Assembly (NCBI GenBank): GCA_964436855.1
Contig: CAYTED010000004.1
Coordinates: 3,627 to 67,626 of the forward strand
DNA: 64,000 bases
From: an uncultured Bdellovibrionales bacterium
Lineage (GTDB): Bacteria; Patescibacteriota; Minisyncoccia; Moranbacterales; UBA1568
Reading direction: 5' to 3'
The translations under genes were made by a program, and so were the position numbers. Position 1 is the first letter of the stretch. Each line of letters opens with the position of its first letter. The notes below the pieces were generated by a model. It worked only from the letters and a program-made list of their open reading frames with translations, was not told the DNA's origin and did not search any database. Below, piece after piece: positions 29,674-42,773 of the stretch.

Positions 29674-30210
29674 TTATGCCGCCGCTTTCTTTCCTTCTTT
29701 GCGACGGACAATTTCATCGGTATATCGGAATCCCTTTCCTTTATACGGCTCAACCGGTTTCAACGCGCGAACTTCCGCCGCAAATTGACCGACCTTTTGC
29801 CGATCAATGCCCGAAATAGAAAGCACATTTCCCTCTACTTTCGTATCGATACCCTCCGGAACAACAACTTCAACCGGGTGTGAAAATCCGAGCGCGAGTG
29901 TCAATTTCTTTCCGCTTCCGGACATACGATATCCGACACCGTTCAATTCCAACTTTTTTTCAAAACCCTTGGTTACCCCCTCAATCATATTCGATACAAG
30001 TTTTGCGGTCGTTCCCCACAGGGCCTGCGCCCGTTTCGACTGGGAAAGCTTCTCCACCCGAAACATTCCGTCCTCAAGTTTGACCGACACATCAACCGCA
30101 TGCGCAAAAGAGAGCGTCCCCTTTGGACCCTTGACGGTAATGACATTTTCCCTGACCGACGTCTCGACGCCGGACGGGATCGCTACTGGTTTTTTTCCGA
30201 TTCTTGACAT
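29674..30210 (-). CDS. rplF: 50S ribosomal protein L6
   Basis: MSRIGKKPVAIP start and two-domain L6. Confidence 0.9.
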   Translation of the reverse strand: MSRIGKKPVAIPSGVETSVRENVITVKGPKGTLSFAHAVDVSVKLEDGMFRVEKLSQSKRAQALWGTTAKLVSNMIEGVTKGFEKKLELNGVGYRMSGSGKKLTLALGFSHPVEVVVPEGIDTKVEGNVLSISGIDRQKVGQFAAEVRALKPVEPYKGKGFRYTDEIVRRKEGKKAAA

Positions 30211-30314
30211 ACAAGCCTCATTAAGCTTCTTTAATAGCCTCGTTAGCTTTATTAGTCCCAACAGCCTTGATTTCTCAAGCCTCTGAAGCTAATGAAGCTA
30301 GCGAAGCTTTCTTT

Positions 30315-30722
30315 CTACCACACCTCACAAATATACTCTCCACCAAGACCGCGACGACTCGCATTGAGTCCGGTCATCAGCCCTTGTGATGTCGATACGA
30401 TAGAAACACCGAATCCATTCTTTACTTTTCGCAACTCGCCCCGTTTCACATACACTCGTCGACCTTCTTTGCTTACTCGGTGGATCTCGTGAATGGCCGG
30501 ATCCCTCCGAACAGGCGACACCGGAATATACTTCAGCGACACAACAATATCCTCGCGATTCGACCCGATCGACTCTTTAGAGACAGCCGAAAGGAAACCC
30601 TCTTCGACAAGGATATTTGCGATTGCGAATTTCAATCGGGACGCCGGAACGCGCGCGGTATCAAGACCAGCACGTTGTGCGTTCCGAATTCTGGTGAGCA
30701 TGTCTGCGATTGGATCAATCAT
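30315..30722 (-). CDS. rpsH: 30S ribosomal protein S8
   Basis: MIDPIADMLTRIRNA. Confidence 0.9.
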   Translation of the reverse strand: MIDPIADMLTRIRNAQRAGLDTARVPASRLKFAIANILVEEGFLSAVSKESIGSNREDIVVSLKYIPVSPVRRDPAIHEIHRVSKEGRRVYVKRGELRKVKNGFGVSIVSTSQGLMTGLNASRRGLGGEYICEVW

Positions 30723-30850
30723 AATTCTTCTTTATACACTAGCTTCTTTATTCCACGGCCCCCGCAGCTTCATGGGCTTCGAGAGTCTTCAGAGTTTTTC
30801 TCTGAAAGCTATCGAAGCGAACGAAGCTCTTGGAAGCGATGTATTCATTA

Positions 30851-31036
30851 TTACCACGACGCTTTCCGAACTCCCGGAATCTCCCCCTTGCTCGCGAGTT
30901 CTCGAAAGCAGATTCGACAGAGATCATACGCTCGAAGATACCCGTGTTTCCGTCCGCATTTCCAGCAGCGGCGAACACTCCGCGTGCTGTACTTCGGTTT
31001 CTTCTGCGCTCGTGCCATGGTCGATGTCTTTGCCAT
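30851..31036 (-). CDS. rpsZ: 30S ribosomal protein S14 type Z (zinc-binding)
   Basis: 61 aa with CxxC...CxxC. Confidence 0.9.
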   Translation of the reverse strand: MAKTSTMARAQKKPKYSTRSVRRCWKCGRKHGYLRAYDLCRICFRELASKGEIPGVRKASW

Positions 31037-31051
31037 AAAAATTCTTTTTAC

Positions 31052-31603
31052 TTACGCGTCATTTTTTATCGGAACTCCGAGAAGACGAAAGAGTGTTTCT
31101 CCTTCCTGTTTGTTTTGGGCGGTACTGACAATCGTCACCTGCAAACCGAAAATCGACTGTACCCGCTCCGGAATCACCTCGGGAAAAATCAACTGCTCGC
31201 GAATACCAATATTGCAGTTCCCGGAAGTATCCACGATACTTTCCGGATACCCCTGAAAATCTCTCGTTCGAGGAAGCGCAGCATTGAGCAGTCGATCCAA
31301 GAATTGCCACATTCTCCGTCCGCGAAGCGTCACCTTGGCGCCAATTTCAAGCCCTTCGCGAGTCTTAAATCCGGCAATCGCCTTCTTCGCCTTGGTTTGC
31401 ACCGGCCTTTGTCCGGTGATCGCCGTCAGCGTTTCCAGAATCTCTTCGACTTTCTTCGTATCTTTGAGGGATTTTCCGGTACCGACATTGACGATAACCT
31501 TGAGAACTCGCGGGAGCGCCATCGGATTTTTCATACCAAACACCTTCGCCATTTCGGGCGCCGCCACTTCCGCGTATTTCTTTTTGGTGAGTTCTTGCTT
31601 CAT
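31052..31603 (-). CDS. rplE: 50S ribosomal protein L5
   Basis: Sequence and position. Confidence 0.9.
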   Translation of the reverse strand: MKQELTKKKYAEVAAPEMAKVFGMKNPMALPRVLKVIVNVGTGKSLKDTKKVEEILETLTAITGQRPVQTKAKKAIAGFKTREGLEIGAKVTLRGRRMWQFLDRLLNAALPRTRDFQGYPESIVDTSGNCNIGIREQLIFPEVIPERVQSIFGLQVTIVSTAQNKQEGETLFRLLGVPIKNDA

Positions 31604-31627
31604 AACTTGAAAATATCTTCAATACGA

Positions 31628-31933
31628 TCAAATAGTTTTTCCGGAACGTTTCGAAAAACGAACTTTTTCGCCACCCTCGATCCGATACCCGATGCGCGTC
31701 GGTTTTCCGGTATGCGGACACACGAGCATCACGTTTGAAATATGGATGGGAGCCTCTTTTTCGATACGCTCACCTTTTTCACCTTCTTTGCGCGGTTTCC
31801 GATGACGCATCACCATATTCGCACCCTTCACAAGAACACGATTGGCCGACGGAAAAACCTGAAGAATTTCTCCTCGTTTTCCGGAATCCTTTCCGGTTCT
31901 CACTTCAACTTGATCGCCTTTTCTTAATTTCAT
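31628..31933 (-). CDS. rplX: 50S ribosomal protein L24
   Basis: KOW motif [11 protein letters not shown]. Confidence 0.9.
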   Translation of the reverse strand: MKLRKGDQVEVRTGKDSGKRGEILQVFPSANRVLVKGANMVMRHRKPRKEGEKGERIEKEAPIHISNVMLVCPHTGKPTRIGYRIEGGEKVRFSKRSGKTI

Positions 31934-31957
31934 AAATCTCTCAACACTCATTGTTCT

Positions 31958-32323
31958 TTATAACACTTCCGGGGCGAGCGAAACGATTTTCGTAAACCCC
32001 TTTTCACGAAGCTCTCGCGCCACCGGTCCAAAAATACGCGTCCCTTTCGGCTCCGTACCATCGAGAATCACCGCCGCATTTTCATCAAATCGAATATAGG
32101 AATTGTCTTTTCGTCGATATTCATTCTTCTGTCGAATCACAACCGCCTTTACCTTATCGCCCTTTTTCACGGTTCCTCGAGGCTCGGCGATCTTCACCGA
32201 GGCAACGATAATATCGCCAAGTTCCGCATACCGACGACGCGTTCCGCCAAGCACCTTGAAGCATTCGATCACTCTCGCGCCGGTATTGTCCGCAACTTTT
32301 AATCGTGTCTCTGGTTGAATCAT
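31958..32323 (-). CDS. rplN: 50S ribosomal protein L14
   Basis: [16 protein letters not shown]. Confidence 0.9.
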   Translation of the reverse strand: MIQPETRLKVADNTGARVIECFKVLGGTRRRYAELGDIIVASVKIAEPRGTVKKGDKVKAVVIRQKNEYRRKDNSYIRFDENAAVILDGTEPKGTRIFGPVARELREKGFTKIVSLAPEVL

Positions 32324-32344
32324 ACAGTTCTCTCAAAATAAAAC

Positions 32345-32626
32345 TCAATTTGCTTTCTTCTCAATGTCGACGAGTCGATGTTTCTTCTCGCGACTCATCG
32401 GTCGACACGAAACAAACGTAACCGTATCGCCCTTTTTCGCGACACCCTCTTCGTCATGCACTTTGTACTTCTTGGTTGAGAGGTACTTCTTGCCGTACTT
32501 CGAGTGCGTCTTGAACGTATCGACAGCGACCACGATTGTCTTATTCATTGCATCGCTTACAACCGTTCCTTTCCAAATCGGCGACGTTCCCTTCTTTTCT
32601 TCTGATGGTGTATTCTTGTCAGTCAT
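32345..32626 (-). CDS. rpsQ: 30S ribosomal protein S17
   Basis: Sequence and position. Confidence 0.9.
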   Translation of the reverse strand: MTDKNTPSEEKKGTSPIWKGTVVSDAMNKTIVVAVDTFKTHSKYGKKYLSTKKYKVHDEEGVAKKGDTVTFVSCRPMSREKKHRLVDIEKKAN

Positions 32627-32641
32627 AACTCAAAAATAAAT

Positions 32642-32860
32642 TTATGCGATCTCTTTCTGTTCCTCGACGGTACGTTCGGAGAGAATCGTCAAAATCCGCG
32701 CGCGATCAGTCCGCGCCTTTCGATACAATTGGTGATTCTTTTCCTCGCGGGATCCGATCCGAAACCGAAGGTCGCGCAGCTTCTCATTCAAGAGCTCGAT
32801 GTCCTTTTCCAATTCCCCGGTTGATTTTTCCCGCCATTCTTTCGTCTTCATACCGTTCAT
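32642..32860 (-). CDS. rpmC: 50S ribosomal protein L29
   Basis: Sequence and position. Confidence 0.85.
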   Translation of the reverse strand: MNGMKTKEWREKSTGELEKDIELLNEKLRDLRFRIGSREEKNHQLYRKARTDRARILTILSERTVEEQKEIA

Positions 32861-32866
32861 ATTTTC

Positions 32867-33280
32867 TTAATGTCGTTCCACAAATTTCGTTTTCACGGAA
32901 AGCTTGTGTCCCGCAAGCCGCATCGCTTCCATTGCTTGACTTCTTGTAACGCCATCGAGTTCGAACAACACTCGCCCGGCAGCTATCTTTGCCACAAAAT
33001 GATCCACACTTCCCTTTCCCTTCCCCATCGGCGTCTGCTCACCTTTTTTTGTTACCGGCGTATCCGGGAAAATACGAATCCATACTTTTCCGCCGCGCTG
33101 GATATACCGAGTCATCGCGCGACGAGCCGATTCAATCTCTCGAGCGCGGATAATACCCGTTTCAAGCGCCTTCAAACCGAAGCTTCCGAAGGAAACTTCC
33201 GCTCCGCGCGTCGCCGGCCCTTTCGGCATTCCGCCGCGCTGGTGCTTTCGATGCTTGACTTTTCGTGGCATGAGTAGCAT
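32867..33280 (-). CDS. rplP: 50S ribosomal protein L16
   Basis: [16 protein letters not shown]. Confidence 0.9.
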   Translation of the reverse strand: MLLMPRKVKHRKHQRGGMPKGPATRGAEVSFGSFGLKALETGIIRAREIESARRAMTRYIQRGGKVWIRIFPDTPVTKKGEQTPMGKGKGSVDHFVAKIAAGRVLFELDGVTRSQAMEAMRLAGHKLSVKTKFVERH

Positions 33281-33305
33281 AACCGTTTCGTCTCAAAAAT
33301 CCTTT

Positions 33306-33953
33306 TTATGAAATAATCTTTTCTCCCTTATACACCCACGCTTTCACTCCGATCACTCCGTAAGTCGTATAGGCATTGTATCGGGCAAAGTCGATATCCG
33401 CGCGCAGGGTGTGCAATGGAATTTTTCCTTGCGAGAGCCACTCCCGACGAGACATTTCCGCACCGCCAAGGCGTCCGGAAATTTCAATCTTGACCCCTTC
33501 CACTTTTGTATTCGACCGAACCTGCTCAATAGTCGATTTCAACGCTCGGCGAAACGGTATACGCTTCTCAAGTTGTTCCGCCACCTGTTGCGCTACAAGC
33601 ATGGCGCTCTCTTCGAATCGTTTTACCTCTTCCACGTCCACTTTAAAATCAACTTTCTTTCCGGCAAAAAATCGGCGCTTCACAACACGAGAGAGATCTT
33701 CGATTCCCGTCCCGCCGCGACCAATCAGAACTCCCGGACGCGAGGTATGGATAACGAGACGAACTTTTCCGGAAGAACGGTCGATGGTTACATCGGCAAT
33801 TCCCGCCGCTTTCCAGCGCTTGAAGACAAATTCGCGGAGGAGTACATCTTCCCGAAGGTTCTTTTTGAATTCTTTCTTCGCGCCAAACCAGCGTGACTTC
33901 CATTCTGTCACGATGCCGATTCGCAGTCCGGTTGGATTTGTCTTATGTCCCAT
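33306..33953 (-). CDS. rpsC: 30S ribosomal protein S3
   Basis: MGHKTNPTGLRIG, KH domain. Confidence 0.9.
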   Translation of the reverse strand: MGHKTNPTGLRIGIVTEWKSRWFGAKKEFKKNLREDVLLREFVFKRWKAAGIADVTIDRSSGKVRLVIHTSRPGVLIGRGGTGIEDLSRVVKRRFFAGKKVDFKVDVEEVKRFEESAMLVAQQVAEQLEKRIPFRRALKSTIEQVRSNTKVEGVKIEISGRLGGAEMSRREWLSQGKIPLHTLRADIDFARYNAYTTYGVIGVKAWVYKGEKIIS

Positions 33954-33988
33954 ACGATTTTATTCGACTTCTCTTCTCATTCGTTAAT

Positions 33989-34357
33989 TTATTTCGACTC
34001 TTCCGCGTGCGCCGGAACTCGTTCCGAGAGAACAATCCGAACTTTTGACATCCGCTTGTAAATCGGTGTCGCCCGTCCGAACGCTTTCGGCATCCATCGC
34101 TTCAATCGAGTCCCCTCACCAACAATCGCTTCCGAAACGATCAGATTGTTCCGATCGAGCTTGAAGTTATTTTCCGCATTCGCGATAGCACTCGAAAGGA
34201 GTGTTTTCATCGGATTCGAAGACCGCTTCACTTGTTTCGAAAGTTCCACAAGCGCGGCCGCAACCGGCATACCGACAATCGATCGGGCAACCAGCCTGAC
34301 CTTCCGGGGAGCGATTCGCACATTGTTGAGTGATGCAATAACTTTCATAATTCTCAA
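33989..34357 (-). CDS. rplV: 50S ribosomal protein L22
   Basis: Sequence and position. Confidence 0.9.
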   Translation of the reverse strand: MRIMKVIASLNNVRIAPRKVRLVARSIVGMPVAAALVELSKQVKRSSNPMKTLLSSAIANAENNFKLDRNNLIVSEAIVGEGTRLKRWMPKAFGRATPIYKRMSKVRIVLSERVPAHAEESK

Positions 34358-34378
34358 ATCAAAACGATATTTCTTTCA

Positions 34379-34717
34379 TTATTTCTTTTCCGTAGACGCC
34401 TTGGCGGCCTTTGCGACATCGAGTTCTTTCTGTTTCGCCGCAAGCTCAATCTCTTTCTGCATTTTTCCACCATGACGACTAAATTTGCGTGTCGGAGAAA
34501 ACTCACCCAATTTGTGTCCCACCATTTCTTCGGTCACAAACACCGAAACAAAGTCTCTTCCGTTATGAACACCAAAGGTAAATCCTACCATCTCCGGTGA
34601 GATCGTGCAAGAGCGAGACCATGTCTTGATAACCGATTTATCTCCAATCTTTCGACCTTCGAGTTTTTTGAGAACCCGAGGATCAATGTATGGGCCTTTT
34701 TTGAGACTGCGTGCCAT
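34379..34717 (-). CDS. rpsS: 30S ribosomal protein S19, with Lys-rich C-terminal extension
   Basis: [12 protein letters not shown]. Confidence 0.9.
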   Translation of the reverse strand: MARSLKKGPYIDPRVLKKLEGRKIGDKSVIKTWSRSCTISPEMVGFTFGVHNGRDFVSVFVTEEMVGHKLGEFSPTRKFSRHGGKMQKEIELAAKQKELDVAKAAKASTEKK

Positions 34718-34739
34718 ATGACTCTCTTACGTAATTCGA

Positions 34740-35567
34740 TTATTTCTTCATTCTTCGACGGACGATATATTTGTTGCTCGCATTTTGTTTCTTTCGGGTC
34801 TTCTTTCCGAGCGCCGGCTTTCCCCACGGCGTCTTCGGGTGCATACCGATCGGCTGTCGCCCTTCACCGCCACCATGCGGATGATCCACCGGGTTCATTG
34901 CCGAACCGCGAACAGTCGGACGAATACCGAGCCACCGACTCCGACCGGCTTTTCCGATTCGCTCCGCGGAATGCTCGAAATTACTCATTTGTCCGATCGT
35001 TGCAAAACACTCTACGCTGATCAATCGAATTTCTCCGGACGGCATCTTCAGTTGAGCGTACTGTCCCTCGGTCGCCATCACGGTCGCTCCCGATCCCGCG
35101 CTCCGAACAATTTGTCCGCCTTTTCCGATTTTCATTTCAATATTCGATACCACCGTTCCTACCGGAATATTTTTCAAAATCAATCGGTTTCCAATTTCAA
35201 TCGGAGTCTCCTTTCCGGAAAGAATGGTTTGTCCAACCTTCATCCCTTCGACGGCAAGCACATATCGTTTTTCCCCGTCCACATACTGAACGAGCGCGAT
35301 CAGCGCCGAACGATTCGGATCCTTCTCAAGAGAAACGATTTTTCCCGGAATGCCGAATTTGTCCATTTTAAAATCAACCAAACGATACATCCGCTTGTGT
35401 CCTCCACCTTTGTGACGAACCGAGATTTTCCCATGCGACCGTCCGCTTTTTTTCGGAAGCGGCGCAAGGAGCGACTTCTCCGGCTTTTGATCGGTGAGAA
35501 GGTTCGGCTTTACGATGGAAATATTCCGTCGAGCGGCCGTATTTCGTTTGTAGACTTTAATTGCCAT
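34740..35567 (-). CDS. rplB: 50S ribosomal protein L2
   Basis: Sequence and position. Confidence 0.9.
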   Translation of the reverse strand: MAIKVYKRNTAARRNISIVKPNLLTDQKPEKSLLAPLPKKSGRSHGKISVRHKGGGHKRMYRLVDFKMDKFGIPGKIVSLEKDPNRSALIALVQYVDGEKRYVLAVEGMKVGQTILSGKETPIEIGNRLILKNIPVGTVVSNIEMKIGKGGQIVRSAGSGATVMATEGQYAQLKMPSGEIRLISVECFATIGQMSNFEHSAERIGKAGRSRWLGIRPTVRGSAMNPVDHPHGGGEGRQPIGMHPKTPWGKPALGKKTRKKQNASNKYIVRRRMKK

Positions 35568-35592
35568 ATGCGTATAAATCGTGTTCGATCCT

Positions 35593-35949
35593 TTATTCCG
35601 TTACGCCCCCCTGAAACATCGGGATAACATCTCCCTCCGCAAGGGTCACAACCGCCTTCTTGACTCTCCCTTTTTTCCCAATGATTTTTCCAAACACGCG
35701 TCGCTTCGGCGGAATGGAACTCGTATTCACCGCCTCCACTCGAACACCGTATGCTTCTTCGATCGCTCGCTTCACTTCGTTTTTCTTTGCCGAAAGCACG
35801 ACGCGAAACACATATTGTTGCTTTTCGGAAAGAAGGTACGATTTCTCGGTAATTCTCGGGGAAACAAGGACTCGATTCGCCAGCGCAACACCAAACGGCG
35901 TTTTTTCACGCTTCGTTTTCTCGCTTGATTTTTTCTCAAACAATGCCAT
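35593..35949 (-). CDS. rplW: 50S ribosomal protein L23
   Basis: Sequence and position. Confidence 0.9.
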   Translation of the reverse strand: MALFEKKSSEKTKREKTPFGVALANRVLVSPRITEKSYLLSEKQQYVFRVVLSAKKNEVKRAIEEAYGVRVEAVNTSSIPPKRRVFGKIIGKKGRVKKAVVTLAEGDVIPMFQGGVTE

Positions 35950-35961
35950 AGGTATTTGGTA

Positions 35962-36603
35962 TTACTTCGCCCATTCGGCAAACCGGGTTTCCATTTCTTG
36001 AACCGCTTCTTTTGAAACAATAAAATACTGTGCGTCAAGAATATCCTTCACATTCACATTCGCGACAAGCGTATGATTCGATCGATCGAGATTTCGGGCA
36101 GCTCTTCGATTCTCATTCTCCGTTCCGGCAAATGCGAAAAGTGTGGATTTTCCCGCGCATCCAAACGCCGAGAGCGCCTTCGCAAAAAATTTCGTTTTCC
36201 TCTCCGGGAGCTGAAGCGAATCAACGAGAATAAACTTTCCCTCGCGAATCTTATCCGACAGCGCGATAAGCGTCGCCTTCTGTCGCATTTTACGATTCGC
36301 CTTCGTTGAAAAATTCCGGTCATTCCGCGGACCAAAAACAACACCACCTTTTTTCCAAACCGGCGTTCGGCGAGACCCGACACGGGCACGGCCCGTCCCT
36401 TTTTGTCGCCACGGCTTCATACCGGAACCGGCGCGATCTCCGCGAGTCTTCGTATGCGCGATCGGCTCGCGAAGATTTCCCGAGAGCGTCACGTAGATCT
36501 GATGTACCAGAGCGTTATTTTTTTCCAAACCAAAGAGCGCGTCCGAGAGTTCGATCTCTCCTACGCTTGATCCTTCCAAATTTTTGACGGCTACTTTTGG
36601 CAT
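35962..36603 (-). CDS. rplD: 50S ribosomal protein L4
   Basis: Sequence and position. Confidence 0.9.
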   Translation of the reverse strand: MPKVAVKNLEGSSVGEIELSDALFGLEKNNALVHQIYVTLSGNLREPIAHTKTRGDRAGSGMKPWRQKGTGRARVGSRRTPVWKKGGVVFGPRNDRNFSTKANRKMRQKATLIALSDKIREGKFILVDSLQLPERKTKFFAKALSAFGCAGKSTLFAFAGTENENRRAARNLDRSNHTLVANVNVKDILDAQYFIVSKEAVQEMETRFAEWAK

Positions 36604-36614
36604 ATCCTTATTCT

Positions 36615-37187
36615 TTATCGGACAGTTTTCACACAAACCATTCTTCCATTCGATCCGGGAACCGCTCCGCGAACCGCGAGAATTTTTTTCTCGGCATCCA
36701 CATATTCGATCGAAAGATTTTGCACCGTAAAATTCTCACCGCCCATACGACCCGCCATACGCATACCTTTGAAAACACGCTGCGGATCCGTTGCGCCGAT
36801 CGATCCCGCCTTGCGGATATCGTGTTTTCGGCCATGGCTTGTCGTCTGCCCTTTAAATCCATGTCGCTTGACCACACCCTGAAATCCTTTGGATTTGGTC
36901 ACTCCGATCACATCCACGCGATCGCCAACAGAAAAAACATCTACCGCGACACTCGCGCCGGGCGCAAACGAAGCAATCTCTTCGGTCGTCATTCGGAATT
37001 CCTTACGCATTTTCTTCTTTTCGGTCTTTGCGGTTTCAAGCTGCACGGCGGAATATCCATCCCGATCAGCCGTACGAAGCAAAGAAACGACATTATCGCC
37101 ACAGTCAATAAGCGTCACATTACGCGCCCCTTTCTCCGCATCATGAAGCGTTGTCATTCCTAATTTTTTTCCGATAATACACTTCAT
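36615..37187 (-). CDS. rplC: 50S ribosomal protein L3
   Basis: MKCIIGKKLGMT. Confidence 0.9.
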   Translation of the reverse strand: MKCIIGKKLGMTTLHDAEKGARNVTLIDCGDNVVSLLRTADRDGYSAVQLETAKTEKKKMRKEFRMTTEEIASFAPGASVAVDVFSVGDRVDVIGVTKSKGFQGVVKRHGFKGQTTSHGRKHDIRKAGSIGATDPQRVFKGMRMAGRMGGENFTVQNLSIEYVDAEKKILAVRGAVPGSNGRMVCVKTVR

Positions 37188-37487
37188 ACACTCTTTCAAA
37201 AATTCACAAAAAAAGACCGGTGAGCCAGTCTCAAGAAAACATGTTTCTCTCTGGCTCGTTCAGTATCCCTGCCGAAACACCTCATAAATCTGAAGCGGCC
37301 GAGACTTTAACGAGAGATATGTGTTTAAAAGTCTTTTTTTGAGTACAGTTCGAGGCGCAATCGAGGAGCGGAGTAATCCGCCAACCGGCGGAGTACTTAA
37401 AAAGGTACAGCGTTGAGCACCGGAGATTGCAACCTGCCCGAATCGCTACGGGCGGGCGAAGAAATGTGCCAAAAAAAGACTTTTAAT

Positions 37488-37817
37488 CTACATTTTGATT
37501 TCAATATCGACACCTGCGGGAAGATCCAAACTCGTCAACTGATCAATCGTTTTTGGATTCGGATTGAGAATATCCACCAATCGCTTGTGGATACGCATTT
37601 CGTACTGATCGCGCGAGTTCTTATGAACAAATGTCGATCGGTTCACCGTAACGCGATGCACTTCGGTAGGAAGCGGCACCGGACCCGTAATTTCGGCACC
37701 CGTACGCTCTGCGGTTTCAACAATCTTTCGCGCGGTCTGATCAATGACCTTGTGATCGTAGGCCTTGATCTTAATCCGAACGCGCGTTCCCTCATTGTGA
37801 TCAGTCTTCTTTGCCAT
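37488..37817 (-). CDS. rpsJ: 30S ribosomal protein S10
   Basis: [14 protein letters not shown]. Confidence 0.9.
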   Translation of the reverse strand: MAKKTDHNEGTRVRIKIKAYDHKVIDQTARKIVETAERTGAEITGPVPLPTEVHRVTVNRSTFVHKNSRDQYEMRIHKRLVDILNPNPKTIDQLTSLDLPAGVDIEIKM

Positions 37818-37933
37818 TGCTTTCAAAATACGAGTTGTCGATAAAATACTTGACCTGCCGAATATTTCGGAGGACATTCGTCCCGATAAATCCTCTTTCG
37901 AAAAATTATCAGGACTCGGTTCCCCGAAGAAAA

Positions 37934-39124
37934 TTATTTGATGATCTTCGTAACGACACCGGCACCAACGGTTCGGCCACCTTCGCGGATCGCGAAACGC
38001 ATACCGTCTTCCATCGCAACCGGAGCAAGGAGTTTCACCACAAGCTTCACGGTATCACCCGGCATAACCATTTCCGATCCTTCCGGAAGGGTTACTTCGC
38101 CGGTTACATCCGTGGTACGGATATAGAACTGCGGTTTGTATCCCTTGAAGAACGGCGTATGTCGTCCACCTTCTTCTTTCGTGAGTACATACACTTCACT
38201 TTCGAACTCGGTGTGCGGCGTAATCGATCCGGGCTTCGCAAGCACCTGACCACGCTCCACATCTTCTTTCTTGATACCACGAATGAGGAGGCCTGCGTTG
38301 TCGCCGGCTTCACCGCGATCAAGTGATTTATTGAACATTTCGATACCGGTTACCACTGTCTTCGATGTATCCCGGATACCCACGATTTCCACTTCTTCGT
38401 TGATATTCACGACACCACGTTCGATACGACCCGTTACCACGGTTCCACGACCTTCGATCGAAAAAATATCTTCGATTGGCATCAGAAACGGCTTATCCGT
38501 CTCACGAACCGGTTCAGGAATTTTTTCATCGAGCGCCGCCATAAGATCAAGGATCGGCTTTGCATCAGCTTCATCGGCCGATTTCGATTCAAGCGCTTTG
38601 AGCGCCGAACCACGAATAATCGCCGTATTGTCGCCATCAAATTCGTATTTCGAAAGGAGTTCGCGGATTTCCGCCTCGACGAGGTCGACGAGTTCCGCAT
38701 CATCCACCATATCCACCTTGTTCAGGAAAACGACGATATTCGGCACACCAACCTGACGAGCAAGAAGGATATGCTCCCGAGTCTGCGGCATTGGACCATC
38801 TGTTGCCGAAACCACAAGAATCGCACCATCCATCTGCGCCGCACCGGTAATCATGTTTTTGATATAGTCGGCGTGTCCCGGACAGTCAACATGCGCATAG
38901 TGACGCTTTTCCGATTCGTACTCACAATGCGACGTGGAAATAGTGATACCACGGGCTTTTTCTTCCGGCGCCTTATCGATTTCATCCACACCTTTCTCTT
39001 TCGCCAATCCCTTCAGGGAAAGCACGTGAAGAATCGACGCGGTAAGCGTCGTCTTTCCGTGGTCCACGTGTCCGATCGTTCCGACGTTCACGTGCGGTTT
39101 GGTTCGTTGAAACTGTTCCGCCAT
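37934..39124 (-). CDS. tuf: Elongation factor Tu
   Basis: GHVDHGKTT and DCPGH motifs, about 397 aa. Confidence 0.95.
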   Translation of the reverse strand: MAEQFQRTKPHVNVGTIGHVDHGKTTLTASILHVLSLKGLAKEKGVDEIDKAPEEKARGITISTSHCEYESEKRHYAHVDCPGHADYIKNMITGAAQMDGAILVVSATDGPMPQTREHILLARQVGVPNIVVFLNKVDMVDDAELVDLVEAEIRELLSKYEFDGDNTAIIRGSALKALESKSADEADAKPILDLMAALDEKIPEPVRETDKPFLMPIEDIFSIEGRGTVVTGRIERGVVNINEEVEIVGIRDTSKTVVTGIEMFNKSLDRGEAGDNAGLLIRGIKKEDVERGQVLAKPGSITPHTEFESEVYVLTKEEGGRHTPFFKGYKPQFYIRTTDVTGEVTLPEGSEMVMPGDTVKLVVKLLAPVAMEDGMRFAIREGGRTVGAGVVTKIIK

Positions 39125-39417
39125 ACGTTTTCGCAGTCCGTGCATCCCGTTCTTTTTCCGGGAACGCGCGCTCCTGCTCAAAATAATTACCAATTAAAAA
39201 AAGAATGCATCACTCCCCGGGACCGCAATTTCCGAAAAATATCGAAAAAAAGCCTCGAGGACGAACATCAAAGCCATCTTACACAAAGAGAAAAAAACTG
39301 TCAAGAGGACGTTATTTTTTAAAAAAATAAAGGGTGGGACCACTGAACAGCCTCACCCGAAAAACACTCCCTTGCGTGATCCGTTTAGGTGTTTTTTTCT
39401 CCTCCCCGCAAACGATA

Positions 39418-39783
39418 TCACCTAGCAGCACGCTTCACCCAGCACTCTTTCAATTTCAAAGAGTGCCGGAAGGAAATCCTCTGGCCAGCAATGGCCCCAA
39501 TGCCCATCCCGATCAGCATAGCAGCCCTGATATTCAGGAGTGAAGCAAAAAGCATTGAGGCAAGCACTCCCCCGATAGCTGCCCAGAAGCCAAGAATGAC
39601 ACAGAATAGATATGGGGGACGCGTTCGGTTGAAGAAATGCGTATTCATCAGCCGATGCACACTCCGTATCAAACCTCGATCCGTAGAAAAGCAGCAGCTG
39701 TGTTGCAGCTTGCGAAACGAACATCCCGACCACAAGCGCAATGCTGTAGTAGCCGAGCAAATAAAAAGCGATATCAAAAACAC
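39418..39783 (-). CDS. Hypothetical small membrane protein inserted between fusA and tuf. Only the C-terminal approximately 75 aa looks protein-like
   Basis: Two TM segments with a GMGIGAIAG glycine-zipper. The N-terminal part is compositionally odd. Confidence 0.3.
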   Translation of the reverse strand: MFLISLFICSATTALRLWSGCSFRKLQHSCCFSTDRGLIRSVHRLMNTHFFNRTRPPYLFCVILGFWAAIGGVLASMLFASLLNIRAAMLIGMGIGAIAGQRISFRHSLKLKECWVKRAAR

Positions 39784-39862
39784 TCATCATATCCCCCTCC
39801 ATCCAAAAGCGACAAGTTTTCAAACAGCAAGAAATCGTCATATTCCAATCTCTGAAAAAAAG

Positions 39863-39890
39863 CAAAAAAACCGGCTGTCGCCGGTTTTTG
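39863..39890 (-). terminator. Bidirectional rho-independent terminator directly after fusA
   Basis: ccggctgtcgccgg flanked by an A-run and a T-run. Confidence 0.55.
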
Positions 39891-39911
39891 CACTGATATA
39901 TTTCAGGAGTT

Positions 39912-42011
<2,100 letters not shown>

Positions 42012-42029
42012 ATAAAAAAAGATTTAAGA

Positions 42030-42185
42030 TTTGGATTTTTTCAATAAAAAAAATTTTCAATTATCAATTCTCAATTTCCATTGAATTTTCAATGCCACAA
42101 TCCTCAATGATCTGAATGGATAAACATTGAGACATTGAATATCGATCAGATTGAAAATTGAAAAATGTAAATTGAAAATTGCTGT
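42030..42185. repeat. AT-rich AATTGAAAATTG / CAATTTTCAATT repeat block in the fusA-rpsG spacer
   Basis: ttcaattatcaattctcaatttccattgaattttcaat ... gattgaaaattgaaaaatgtaaattgaaaattg. Confidence 0.55.
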
Positions 42186-42189
42186 CGCT

Positions 42190-42657
42190 TTATGCAAAGT
42201 GCGCAAACGCCTTGTTTGCCTCCGCCATACGATGCACTTCTTCACGTTTTTTCATCGCGGCACCCGATCGATTGGAAGCATCGATCAGTTCGGTTGCAAG
42301 TTTTTCCGCCATCGAACGCCCCTTCGCTTTCCGGCACACATCGCGAATCCAACGAATCGCAAGTGTCTGACGGCGATCCCCCGAGACCGGAACCGGAACC
42401 TGATAGTTTGCTCCACCCACACGACGCGACTTCAATTCAAGAAGCGGCGAAACGTTTTTGATCGCTTGCTCAAAGGTGTTCAGTCCGCCTTTTTTCGTTC
42501 GCTCGTGAATAATATCAAAGGCATCATACACAATCTTCTCGGCAACGCTCCGTTTGCCGTTCCACATAATCATTCCCACGAAATGTCCAATAAGCGGATT
42601 GCCGAATTTCATATCCGGCTTCCATTCGCGATTGTATTGTCGTTTCCGTCGAGGCAT
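42190..42657 (-). CDS. rpsG: 30S ribosomal protein S7
   Basis: Sequence and position. Confidence 0.9.
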   Translation of the reverse strand: MPRRKRQYNREWKPDMKFGNPLIGHFVGMIMWNGKRSVAEKIVYDAFDIIHERTKKGGLNTFEQAIKNVSPLLELKSRRVGGANYQVPVPVSGDRRQTLAIRWIRDVCRKAKGRSMAEKLATELIDASNRSGAAMKKREEVHRMAEANKAFAHFA

Positions 42658-42659
42658 AC

Positions 42660-42720
42660 TTTCTTAAAATTTCCAATTATCAATTTCCGATTTCCAAACA
42701 ATTTTCAATATTTCAAAAAA
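42660..42720. repeat. AT-rich CAATTTCC/AATTTTCAAT repeat block in the rpsG-rpsL spacer
   Basis: aaaatttccaattatcaatttccgatttccaaacaattttcaatatttc. Confidence 0.5.
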
Positions 42721-42773
42721 TCTTTTCTTCTTTCACTCTTCATTCCCGATTCACCATTCTTGATTCTGCCTTG

